This document shows, in pieces, positions 26,566 to 39,005 of a DNA stretch of 64,000 bases (its first letter is position 1; every line of letters begins with the position of its first letter). The DNA is from Sphyrna mokarran (taxonomy: Eukaryota), in the NCBI GenBank assembly GCA_024679065.1, contig JAGIQG010000003.1, positions 98,518,001 through 98,582,000 on the forward strand. Reading direction: 5' to 3'. The translations under genes and the position numbers were made by a program. Below the pieces are notes generated by a model. That model did not search any database and had not been told where the DNA came from. It worked only from the letters and a program-made list of their open reading frames with translations.

Positions 26566-26775
26566 CCATGCTGTGGAGATGCTGGCATTGGACTGGGGTA
26601 AGCACAGTAAGAAGAATTCTTATTGTGCTTACCCAGTTCAATGCCAGTATCTCCACATCATGGCTACCATCAACATTGCAAACTGCCGCTCCAAGAGGAG
26701 AGGATCTCCAAGAAGATTGTGTGTATCGATACAAATATCAAGATTCTACAAGTATCTCCATATATGACACGATGT
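26566..26775 (+). mobile_element. Penelope-like element 5' remnant with terminal foldback
   Basis: 98-nt hairpin followed by atggctaccatcaacattgcaaactgcc..ERISKKIVCIDTNIKILQ, resembling the start of a shark Penelope ORF; arm sequence overlaps the ends of the 34063-34290 element. Confidence 0.6.
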
Positions 26776-27129
26776 AAGATTTTGATTGATGGTGCTCCTG
26801 TGAAGTGCTTTGAGATGTTCTATTACTTTAAATCATTTATATGATTTCTATGATTCTTAAAGGCACTGCATAAACATGTGCTGTTGTTATTGTTTTTGAT
26901 GTAACTGTTACTTCGGGTTCAGAAGTTTGCATCTTGTTTGGTGATATGTTGTATTGGTCGGCTCAATTTTACAGCCCCAACACATACTCAGAAAATTAGC
27001 CTTTTATGCTAGCTTTCATTTTAGAAATGCAGTTCAAATGCAAGGTCATCAAGATGTAGGCTTTTTACTGTGTGCTATTAAGCTTTTGATTTTAAAAATG
27101 GACCTGAATTTCATAGGAGCTCTCTCTCC

Positions 27130-27400
27130 CATTTAGTTGTCAATCTTTGCACTCTCATCTCTGAATCAGAAGGCTGAGAGTTGAAACCACAGTCTTGAAA
27201 CTAATTGAAGCAGGCACTTCAGTATAGTACTGAAGGAGTGGTGCACTGTTTGAGATGCCATCCTTCAGATGAAACATGGCCTTGTCTGACCTCTCAGGTG
27301 GAGTCAAATGATATCATGGTTCTATTAAAAGCAAAAAAGTGGAGTTCTCCTACTGTCTTGATCAACATATGTTCCCTCAATAATTACTAAAAAAAATGAA
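27130..27400 (+). mobile_element. Deu-domain SINE (SacSINE1-like)
   Basis: ctctgaatcagaagg..cagtatagtactgaaggagtg..ccttcagatga..ctctcaggtgga..ggagttctcc..caacatatgttccctcaa. Confidence 0.65.
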
Positions 27401-28994
27401 CTTCTGAAGTCATAAAAGGTGCTATATAGATGGAAATCTTTGATTGGAATATTCTGTGCCCGGTCAAGGTGGGCAGATCTGGTGATCAGAATGGAAAATA
27501 TTGTGAGATGGCCAGAGCTGCGTTTTATATTGATATTAAAGCAGGAAGCAATCCCTGTCCTGCCCGCCTCCACCACCTGCGTCAGTGGCAAACCATATTT
27601 CCTGCCATTCAATATCAGAAACCTCATTCAAATAAATTAGCATGTCATTATCGAGCCCATATGCCAGAATCAGGGCCCAGTGCCAAATAATGGTGGAGTC
27701 ATGTCAGAACGATATGGAATACACCTGGCCTTGTAAGGTGTTCACTTGATGAGCAGTACTCCCAGAGGCGCTTGGAGGTGAGTGCAATGCTCGGTGGGGA
27801 GGGAATGATATCAGGAAATGCCAGCTTGATGCCGGGGTGCAGCTGATGAAGATTATTTCCTGGTGTGTGCGCTGTGCTCTTGGTGGATCATTGATTCACT
27901 TAGTTGATGGCAGGACGAGTGAATCAGAAGCTGCCTACCAATGATATATTGTGGAACCCCTGCCTGCCTGCCTTCAAAATCTCACACTCATTGCCTTTGG
28001 TAGCCTCAATGCTGCTTATAGGAAAAAATCTTCCCCTTGGTTTTTGTTTTCCTTTTCCTTCACTGACAAGGAGCTCTCAGAACCCTGAAGAAGAGTTTAA
28101 AACGTTTCCGTTGGAACTCCACTGCAATTATGGAGGGAGATCAGGAACTTCAGAATATAATTAGTCCCTAAGATGTTGGATAAGGTGGTTTGTTTGATAA
28201 AATTATCGAATAGAGTAGGATTCTCAAAAATTGACTATGGAAGAGGTCACAAGTTCTAATGCTTCCTTTGTTGTACTGATAAATTCATTGGGAGCCTTTA
28301 ATTAATGCTTGCACATCATAAGACAGAAATATGTGGACAAATATATTTTTGTTGGTACCTCAGCTGTTATTAAATCATATATTAAACTGATACAAAATTG
28401 TGAATTAGTTTATAAGGAACAAATTCCTAATTTTGGTACTCTGTTTGAGAGAAAATGTTTTTCTTTGCTATTCTGTTTACAAACAAGAAACCTTTGACTA
28501 ATATCAATTGCACTAATAGGTGTAATTGACACACCATATAACAGTAAGTGGGAGAAGGAAGAAGAAATATTCAGGTGAATTAGAGAATTGAATGAAAAAA
28601 TTATGGGAGAATCTCAACAATATGGTATTAATTAGGAGATGTAGCTAAAAGGGATAAGGAAATGGAGTTCTCATAGTATGTATAGGATTCCTGTTGAACC
28701 CCATATATAAAAGTCTTGACAAGATAAGGTTCACTTTTGATCCAGTAATGGAGCATGAACTAGGGCAGATAAGAGTGGTAACAGTAAGGGAATATTTAGG
28801 CAATATAGTATGCTTTAAGATGATGCTAAGAGAAAAAAATGAATATAGCAATACCAGGTTAATGGTATGGAGAAAAGCTAATTTGAAGGGTCGAGAGTAA
28901 AACTTGAGAAAACAAATAGGCGGCAATATTGATAAACAATGTATAGAATAACAGTGGGAAACATAGTATGGTGAAAAGCTAATTTGAAAGACAA

Positions 28995-29100
28995 TCTTAC
29001 TGGCTGTTCACACCATATTCCCACTGTAGTGAGGTCAGAGAATTTGCCACCCAGCCAAATCTCCATTCACTGCAGTGGGATGGGAAAATCCAGCCATGTT
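28995..29100. mobile_element. MITE inserted into CR1
   Basis: aaatctccattcactgcagtgggatgggaaaatccagcc matches the 3403-3510 / 38866-39005 family. Confidence 0.6.
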
Positions 29101-29969
29101 TTTCAACAAAGTCCAGCTGAAAGGAAAAAACAAGCTCAACTACACAGATGAACAAAGACGTTAGAGAACCATTGAAGTTAGGAAGGAGGAGTATATTAAA
29201 TACATAGACAGCAGAAGAGTGCAGTGGAAGAGTGCAGGATAAGGGAGAATATGAAAAGATTAGGAGAGATGTGAAAATAATACATGAGGAAAGCAAAGAT
29301 GAACTGGAATATCAAATTATTAAGAGGCATAAAAGAAAGTAGTAAAATAATTTACATGCACAATAATTAAGAAAGGGAAGACTCAAATGGGGTAGAACCA
29401 TTAGGGAATAAACAGGATATATGACAGGTAATGATAGATAGATGGGAGAAATATTAATTAATTATTTTGCTTCTAATATTTATCAGAGAGATTGAACAGG
29501 TCAATGTAACATTGCATGAAGAAATGAGTAATGTGATAAGTGCATCTAAAATAAAAAAAAGGATATACTGAATAAATTTATTCAACTCCAAAGAGGAAAA
29601 AATCCTGAGATTGGACAGATTGCATCCACACATTTTAAAAGAAGTTAAGGAAGAGATAGCAGAGACATTGCTACACATGTTCAGTAATTTGATAGAAAAA
29701 GGTTCTGTGCCAAAGGACTGGTGGATAGCAAATGTAATCCCTGCATTTAAATAGGGGAATGAATCATGGCCCAGGAATTATGGACCCAGTCAGCTTAAAA
29801 TTGTTGATAGGAAAAATAATGAAATTCCTACTAAAGGAGAGAATAGGAGAAACAGTTAGAAAATAAAATTATAAAAATGAATAGACTGCTGAATTGATCA
29901 ACCTTTATTGAAATTTTAGAAGAGGCAACACAGAGAGTAAAGAGTGGCAATGTAATAGAGGTAATTAAT

Positions 29970-30255
29970 CTGGACCGGGATGCTCCCAAAAAAATTTGAC
30001 GTGTCGAATTCATGTAAAAACTGCAGTAACTCCTGCTGGTTTTTTTCATGGGGTTTTCAAAATTCAAAATGAATCTCCCACATTCTGTTCACTATAGAGT
30101 GTCTTAGGAAAAGTCATGCTGAAAATCAGGAAAATGTAGCAGCATATCATCGAGTGGGCCATTATGCATGCACCAGTCTGTCAAAGCTGAGATCGTCGCA
30201 TATGCAGTTGCCCTGCACTGCCGGGCACCCAATTGCTGGCACCATCACCATCCCC
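29970..30255. mobile_element. MITE fragment inserted into CR1 RT region
   Basis: gatgctcccaaaaaaatttgacgtgtcgaattc..aatctcccacattctg matches 17555-17660; it splits the CR1 V.YLD/FQK.F.K motif. Confidence 0.65.
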
Positions 30256-33200
30256 AGATTTTCAGAAGGTTTTTGAGAAGCTGCATTTTGAATCATGAAT
30301 AAAATCAGTGAATGTCGAGTCAGGGGACAAATGACAGAATGGATTCCTAGCTGGCTTCAAGATAGAAAACTGAGAGTGAGAGTGAAATATTCTTACTCAT
30401 GTCGTAGAGGTTGAGAAGTGGTATTCCACAAGACCACTGTTGGGACCACTATATTCGCAATTTGCAACAATTGGAACTTTGGAATCAAAAACACATCTTC
30501 TAAATTTGAAGTTAATATCAAATGGAAGAGGATGGTCAGTGCTAAGGAGGACTGCAATAAAGCACAGGAGGACAAGCGATAGACTGACAGAATGGGAAAA
30601 TAATTGACAAATGAACCACAACACAGTTAAATCTGAGATAGTACAATTTGGTAGGAAGAATATGGGAGTACCTCATAACTTGGAAGGTGCAAGTCTAGAT
30701 GGGATAAAGAAATAAATGAATCTTGGAACCAATCATTAAAAGTTGCACCACAGGTTAGCAAGATTCTAAAATAAAGCAAATCAAGCAGTAGGCTTTATTT
30801 TCAGAAAGATTAGAATGGAAAAGTAGAGGTTATATTACTCCTGTTTTGAACCTTGGTTAAACAATTTAAGAGACTGTGTGCTCTTCTGTTTGCTGTATCT
30901 GGAAAGAATGTGAAGAAGATTTATAAGAATGCTGTACAAATGTGTGGGTATATGTATCAGTAAAGGATGAATAGGTTTGATCTCATTTCTCTCTTGAAAA
31001 AAAGAAGGCTGAGGGAGATCTTGCAAAGTTTCTTAAAATTACGAAATATTTTGATAGAGTAGGTACAGAACAAATATTTCTATTTATGGGGAAGAGTAAC
31101 TAGAGACCATCAATATAAGATAATCATCAAGAAATTCGATAGAGTGGCAAAAATATGAGCCTCACTACCACAAGGAATTGTAGAAGTGTATAATATAGAT
31201 GCATTTAAGGGAAAGCTAGGCAAACATTTGAGGGAGAAGGATTGCAATAGTAGATTTGGTTCAGGAAAGAAGGGAGGAAGCATAAATGTCACATGGACTC
31301 GTTTGCCTTTGCCTTAACTTTACAGTATACAACTTTTTATTAGAGTTTCAAGCCTGAGTCCCCAAATCTCTGCAGTTTCTAAGTGAAACACTAATTGGAG
31401 TACTTTGCAGCAGTATTACTGCTCCAAAGAAAGACTATTCTTATCAACTGATCATTGAGGTTCATTGCAAATCAAAATGTGCCAAACTCAAAAAAAACAG
31501 ATTAATTACTTTCTCTTCAGTATATTAAGAAATAGAATATAATCGTAGCTTCTATGTTTGTTCTTAAACCAAATATATTTAGGAGCCAAACTTGTAACTG
31601 AAACTCCTTCATAATGATGACAAATTCATCCCTTGGTTGAGAATATGATTTTGGTAGTTAAACGATGTTAGGCTGGAGTAATATCAGTGTCCGTCTTCAA
31701 CCTGTGACACATTTTTGAGCAAGTGTTGATACTACAGTAACACAAAATTGCTGTATTATTTGGGCCCATCAGTGATGTGGATTAAAGTCCATAGGCATAT
31801 ATCAATGCAGAATTCTGAGTGTATGACTGACACTCAAAGAAATTCTGTTAAGATTATCATAAGAAATGAAATAAGGTAAGCCCAAAGCTATTTAATTTCT
31901 CAATAAAATGTACAAAAAGGCATTCCTAACTGCTACCTAAATGATAAACCTCCTGCAAATATTACAGTCATTCTCATTTTGTGTTCTGGAGTTTGAATGA
32001 CATTCATGTCTACCTTGACCAACTAAATGTTACCATAACTTTACAAGAAGGATGTGGGTAAATGAGCAGACAAAGCAGTTTGCTCGAATATAATGAAATG
32101 CGGCCTATATGCCTTCCCAACCACTTAACTAGCTCAGAGTCAAGGGCCAGAGACTTGATGGAGCTATATTGCTTAGCTTTTACACCATATCAGGGTGTTT
32201 ATGTGTTGACCTTTAACACATAAATACTTCAACCTCAATTACTGCACCATCTCTAACCTTACAAATTTAGCTAGACTTACCACAAATCACCAAACAATAC
32301 ATATGTACCATGCAATCACATTTTACTATTTGCAAAATAAATCCTGATTGGATATTAGAGGTGTTTAAATTGAGCACTGTTGAAATTCACTAGGCTCGTG
32401 CAGGTATTAGTTGAAATAGAGGTTATGATTTTTTTGCTCGTGTTGGTCGGTATTGTGAATAATGGGACTCCTTTCTCTTTTAGAAATGGTATTTATGCTG
32501 ACATCATGCAGAAATATGAAATTTTGCCTTGATCCCAATCAGAATTTTTTATCAAGATTCCACCAAAGTTGACATCAGTTGAACAGTCTGTGGTTTTATT
32601 TGTTGATGTACAGTCCAACAGTCTTATTGTCAAATGATAAAACGATGCCTTTAGGAGCATTAGAACAAAAGTGAGCCATTTAGCTGGACATTCTCCACTG
32701 ATTGACCAAAGGAAATCAAATTCACTTGTGCATAGGCTGTAGCTGGAACTTATTCTCCTGGCTGCAACAGGACTGCAGCACAATATTGGAGGCCTAGCGG
32801 CGAGGCATATTCTTGATGAAACCATATCCTACTAATGAAAAAAAAATCATGTTTTTTGAGGTTAGCAGTCCGTCACTTTTAACATTTTAAAATATTTTTA
32901 TCAGCAGTCATGCAGTGAAGAGGAATTTGCTTTAGCTACTTGTAAACTGATGAGAAGAAGTTCTTCAGCTTCCTGACACTGCGTCATGGCATATAATCAC
33001 GATCATTACTAAATAGCTCTCTGGCTCCTCTTGCCCCATTTCCTTCTGGATATATCAGAAGCAGTACTGAGATTTTGGAGACATCATGCAGTAGCTGGTG
33101 GGAAGAAGTGGGTGGGAAGAGAAGTCTGCAAAGCTGGGGAAATCTTGAACATATTTGTTGCTAATTATATCAGTTTACAGGAGTGATGCCTTCATTTACC

Positions 33201-33399
33201 CCATCTGTTTGCTGGCTTACTCTTGTTTCTTAACTTGTATGTAAAAATCTCTGCAAGCTGTGTGCAAATAAGCAAAATTCTCACACGAGTGCTGCCTGAT
33301 GTTTCAAGAATAGGAATTATAGCTGAACTGCTTTGGAGCCTATTCAGGCATACCATATCATTTTGGTTTCACTGTAAGTGAGGCCGCTGGAAGTTGTGT

Positions 33400-33710
33400 G
33401 TGTTCAGTTCCAAAATACCTCTTGACATTCTATTGAAGAAGCAGATCTGGACCAATATATCCTATCTAAGATGTGAAGCCTAAAACTACTCACAGCACTC
33501 CAGTCATGAAACATGTCTTCCACCCTCTTGTATTCTAGAACTTCAGATATAAAGACTAGGATTCCTTTAACCTTAAAATTATTATTTTCTATACTTGTGC
33601 ATAACATTACAATGATCTATACACATGAATCTCTAAATCTCTTTGGACCTCCTGTTTCTAGCTTTCCTTCATTTAGAAAGTACTCTGATCAACCTTTTTA
33701 AGGTCTAAGT
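33400..33710 (-). mobile_element. CR1 fragment
   Basis: Minus-strand ILVFISEVLEYKRVEDM, a decayed CR1 LAFISRGLEYK..EVM motif. Confidence 0.65.
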
Positions 33711-34062
33711 GTACTTTTTGTACATTAACTCAGAATATTTAAATTGCTTTGGAAACTCTGACGCTATAAGAATAATACTTGAGCAGTGGTTCAGATGAAG
33801 ATATTGATAATTTGCATGTAGTTAACTTTTTTTTTGTAAACACCATTTACTTATCATGTCTCATGGAGAGCCATTAAGCACAGTGCTAGAATATAAAGCC
33901 TGTATGCGTCAATATGAAACTGTCATGCTGTTACACTGAGCGATAGACAGTACTTGTATTCAAGTATGCTGAAGTGTTGGTATACTGTTGGAACTTCAAT
34001 GTTGCATGCCACAATGTGGTAGGCCACAACTTTTAAGAAATGCTTTCCCATGCATTGAGTTC

Positions 34063-34290
34063 AGTAAGTAGTCTTACAACGCCAGGTTAAAGTCCAACAC
34101 GTTTATTTGGTAGCACAAGCTTTTGGAGTGTTGCCCCTTCATCAGGTGAGAAACCTTTGGCTAATATCAATTGCGCAGGTGAGTCACCTGATGAAGGGGC
34201 AATGCTCCAAAAGCTATGCTACCAAATAAACTTGTTGGACTTTAACTTGGTGTTGTGAGACTACTTATTGTGCCTATCCCAATTCCGCAT
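34063..34290. mobile_element. Penelope-like inverted repeat insertion with 14-bp flanking direct repeat
   Basis: About 87-bp inverted arms (34063-34149, 34184-34270); catgcattgagttc at 34049-34062 is repeated exactly at 34291-34304. Confidence 0.85.
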
Positions 34291-35954
34291 CATGCATTGA
34301 GTTCTCATTGATAATCTTGCCCTTATAGGAGGGAGGTGTCAGGATTAGCCAGATTGTATCTTTAGAAGAACTTAATGGTCAGAAAATTAATTTTCCTTGG
34401 GTTCTCTTACATGTATAATCAGTTGACAGTGGTGTTGGTGTTGCAGATGCTGCCAGCATAAGTCTGGCTTTTACAGAAAAGTCAGCTCACTTTCATGTTA
34501 GAACTTGAGCAAAATTCTTGGTTTCTTCACTATTGTGATTTGTCAGTTGTGCCAGAGCTTCTGTGCAGGATATTTCAAATAGACTTCCATTTAACTAATG
34601 AAAGTCCTGATCGCATTGAAATATATGAAGGGGGATGTGGTTTATTACTCAGTTGAACAGAGATAACATCTGACTGCTCACCACATGACCTGGATCATTT
34701 GTGCCTTGTGACTCAGACAAGTGAAGTAAAATCATTCTTTCGGGTTGGTTATAACAAGAAAATGAGCAATATAGGTAAATGTACTTAAAATTAAATTATA
34801 AGTAGAGGTTTATTTTTAGAACTTTATTTTAACTCGCTTGCGCTCTTCTAAGTGTCTTGCCTCCCTATCAGGATTCTCCAGCACAAAAATAGGCCAAGAG
34901 ATTTTTGTGTTCATTCTTTTGCTGACCACCGAAGATAAGCATTAATAAATTCAGATCCATTCGAAAGTTGCTGAGGGTTTATAGGTTTTCTGTCATTGTT
35001 TTCATATAGGAACTAACCAGCCTGCAACCATCGGAGACAGACAGAATTCACTACAATTGTGGTAGACTGGCTGGATCGCTAATATTTACCAAGCCCTGAA
35101 CCAGTCATGTAACCAAGTCGTTGGTTGTTCACTGAATACATAGTGCTTTGTTTCTGGAGAAATGAGTAACCTAACATTTGGAATATACCAGCCTTTGTTT
35201 TTTATCTTTTGTTGCTATTTGAAATATTCCTAAATGGTATAATGTAACACTAGCTTTGCAAAAGTTGGCTTTCAGCAGTGAATGTTTGCTTTATTGTCCT
35301 TATAGTAAATATTTCTACAGACGACTCTAAGAAATGACTGATGTTTGGTATTAACAATTAGTGAAAGGCCGTAGAGAAGTTGAATTCCAGTGATCTGGAT
35401 ATAGAAAGGCTGCATTAAGCACTTGTCCAGCATTGAGTGTCTGTTTCCTGTTTAGGAAGGACTGGGTCATGCATGCATTGGAATGACATGTCTTTTGTTA
35501 TTGTTAGGTAGCAAATTTTCATAATCAACCTTTTTTCCCATTTCTGAACTTTTCAAAGTACATCTACCTTATTAATGTAACGGTAATTTCAACTGCTAAG
35601 AGCAGATCATATCCTCATAATTTATAAGCTTCTGAAAAAACACTGACATTACATTGCTGTAGTTCAACAAGCATAATGTGTGGACCACTTTTATGAAGCT
35701 CTTTGATATACCACGTGTTGCATTTATTGCAGATCTCTGACTAACTGAGAAACTATATAATGCATAACCCATTAAAACTCTGCTATAATCTTAAATACAA
35801 CAATTTTTATAGTGCTATCCCCTATTATAATATTTCTCCCCTATAATATCCCTTTTGTATGGCTCTTGTGCATTTCAGCCTTGTAAAGGGACTCTTCTGT
35901 ATATATAGTCTTAGCTGTAGCTAAGATATACATATTCTGTTTTCTGTTCTTCAG

Positions 35955-36059
35955 CTTATCCCATGAGGAGCACGGGTGCAATCATCCTTTATACGGTCAT
36001 GGTGTGTGTAAATGGCCTGGTTGTGAGGCAGTCTGTGAAGACTTTGGACAGTTTCTGAA
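35955..36059 (+). CDS. FOXP1: FoxP exon, first part of C2H2 zinc finger
   Basis: Acceptor tttctgttcttcag, donor AA|gtaagt; 105 nt (phase 2 to 2), the same size I recall for the FOXP1 exon. [34 protein letters not shown](K). Confidence 0.95.
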
Positions 36060-37721
36060 GTAAGTCCAGCTCTGTTTTTTCATCCATTAATTGATTGACA
36101 TTTGATTAACTCAGGGATCCAGCAGAATAACACAGTTGACCTGAATAAAATGACATCTATGATGTACAGAATTGCAGTAAACTTGCTCGTTAAAGTGTAG
36201 AATGGCAGTCATGGGACTGATGTCTGAATCAAACTGATAGTCCCATGTTTGTGATTAGTGGAGGTTAAAATGTTGTGTTGGGTGTGGGGGGGAGAAGAGG
36301 GTGCGGTGGGTTGCTGGTTGGGGAGTAAGACAAAGTAGACGTATGCCATGCCAGTTAATTTCTATATCTATGCTGATATATACTTAGACCAGCTGAAAAG
36401 AAAATGAACATATGTACAATTCTATAACTGTTGTCAGTGAATGTTGTATCAGGAAAAAAAGCAGACCCTGTAAGCAGTGTGCATATTTATTTCCTTATTT
36501 GTTTTTTAGCTAGTTGCAATGCTGGCTCATAAACTCCTGGTTATTAATTAACTGCCAAACATAATTGGCCAACTGTTGTTCCAGTTAATGTTAGTCAATA
36601 CAGTGCCAGTAGGTACTCTTATCCTGTATGATAATCAGCATTGTTTGAAAACCATTTCGTCATAGGAATTCAAATATGTGCTTCGATAGATCAATTACCA
36701 AAAGTCTAATATTGTCTTACATTAAGTCAGTTTTTTTTAAATGCTATCACAGTGAGAAATTGTCCCTGGTACTAAGTCAACTCAAAATGGTAGCTTTTAA
36801 CCACTTATGAACTGCGTTAGGATATGAATGGCTCGGTAGACACAAAAAATATTTGTTACAGTCATATGATGAGACCACCTGAGCCACAAATTCCATATGT
36901 GCTTTAATTTATAATTTTTACTTGATATTCACAAATATCATTCTAGTTGAGTAATCAGATCACTGTCACATTTTGGATACTGAAAAAGTTTCAGTACTGA
37001 AATGGCTAAGAGATTAGGTAATTTTTCAGACAGTGATACAATCCCATCTGTTTTTAATACTGAAGTATACAAACAGCTTTAGAGAATGGAATGTAGCACT
37101 TAAAAACAAATTACTGACACTTGACTGTTGCATTTTTATATCAGCTTCTTTTAATAAAATTTCACATAAAATAGACCCAGCTAAGATGGAAGCTGTATGG
37201 AAAATGAAAGAAAGACTTATTATGAGTGATTTTTTTGAACTTGTTTTTATTAGCTCACTGTGGCGTAGTTCAGTTGTTTGTCTAGACTATTCAAACTCAG
37301 CAAGCATTTAAAGAAAAACTTTAATTACAAAGAGACTTCTATTTAATGTGTTCCATGAGTACAAGGCCTTCAGAATTCTCATGTGTAGATTCAAAACCTT
37401 TTTGCATGAATTTGCAGCATTGGGATTTTTAATTTTAAGAAGAATATACTAAACAGCAATGCACGTGAAAAAGTCAATGTGCAATAAATTGTGAACTTGT
37501 TCCATTCTTGAGAATGTTGTGAGGGGACAATTGGAACAGTTATTTTCTTGTGCTTCCTTTGTTTACTGTTTTGACTTCTATTCTCCCCAGGATCTTACTT
37601 TAAGTCATATTCATTATTGATATTAGTTGAGATTTGCCTGTATACAAAACCTAACAACCATTAAGTAGTGTTAAAACCTTTGGTGCGATGGTCTAAAAGG
37701 GTCAGAGTGACCCATATGCCA

Positions 37722-37740
37722 CAGTGCCCTCTAGTGACAC
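37722..37740 (-). promoter_or_regulatory. CTCF binding motif
   Basis: Reverse complement GTGTCACTAGAGGGCACTG closely fits the CTCF core (CCASYAGRKGGCRS); not inside a recognisable repeat. Confidence 0.55.
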
Positions 37741-38865
37741 TAGAATTGAAACAATGACAACTTTCTTTTAAATTGAAGATCATTTGACTTCCTCATGATT
37801 TTTTTTAAATGCTGTTTACTGAAGTTAAATATTGTTTAAAAAGTCAAGGGCAAAATTAATGCTGCACCTTTTAAGTCTTATCAGGAAAATGGAAAATTAC
37901 GAAAGTAAGCTGGGCAATTACTTTCACACCAGTTCACTTCATTATTGAACTGGGTATTTTTTTAAAAAAACATTTTCTTTTAAGCAATATGGCACAAAAA
38001 CTCTGTTAGTTTGGGGTAAATTGATCATTTAATAGGATTTGCTTTACTTACTTAAAAAATCCTCTTAATTTCAAAATCCAGGAGATCTTGAGCTTTGAGT
38101 GAAATTCAGCCGATGCTAGCAGCTGGGATAAAGCATATTAGAAGGATGGAACAAAGAATGGGCAAGCAAAATAAAAGGGGTATATCTAGACAGACCTGGA
38201 GCTCTGCAAGGAATCTGCCATTTTGGCATTACATAGGCAACAGAGATGTAAATAGAAATATAATTATTAACTGTGTAATGCAAATTTTCAAGGTTTTGAG
38301 AGAGAATTACAAAAAAAAAACAAACTTTGCTAGGCCCTAATTCCACTTGCAACAGAAATAGACCCATAAAATAGACCACAGAGATCCTAAAACTCACAAA
38401 AATCGCAAGTCCTTTGGAAATTGCAACAAATTAAAAGCTGTGGTGGAGCTAATTAAAAATATATATGAATTATTCTAAAAGCTGCATATATATGGATCAA
38501 ATTGATTTTAAAACTGACAATGAACTTCAAGCGTCAACCAATGTTCATAACTATTGTCACAAAATATGTGGAATTGAAAATTCTGTTTAATACAATGCAA
38601 ACCAATACATCGGTTGATTCAACAATAACGTTTTTTTAACATCCATGGATTTATCCATTTTTGTAACATTTTTGTAGCTTTTAAAATATTGTTTACATCA
38701 AATGAAATCTAAGTGTGGTCTACTTTTTTTTATCAGCCTAATATATATGATCACAAAAATGAATTCAGGTTTGGATTTTTTTTCTCCCAATGAAGATACA
38801 GAGTAGCAATGTTTTGCACAGGAAAAGCTAATTTCCTCTGCTTTCCCAAACCCATGCCATTTTCA

Positions 38866-39005
38866 CATGGACCTGGATTCTTTGGTCCCGTTCACTCCGC
38901 CATTGCTGTCATGGACAATGGAGAATTTGGAACTTGGTTAAATCTCCATTCATAGCAACAGGACCAGAGAATCCAGCCATGGGCAAGGTTGGTGAATTCC
39001 GACCA
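38866..39005. mobile_element. Short MITE
   Basis: Inverted ends ctggattctttggtcc / ggaccagagaatccag. Confidence 0.7.

Larger units (their letters stand above)
28520..31295 (+). mobile_element. CR1 LINE ORF2, about 2.7 kb, heavily decayed, with nested MITEs
   Basis: Motifs WRKANLKG, LNNYFASN, DRLHPHILKEVKEEIAETL, VPKDWWIANVIPAFK, SGIPQ, followed by the 3' tail; many stops and frameshifts. Confidence 0.88.

Noticed and set aside
34049-34304. CRISPR-like repeat-spacer unit
   Set aside because: A single inverted retroelement repeat in a vertebrate intron; no array and no cas genes.
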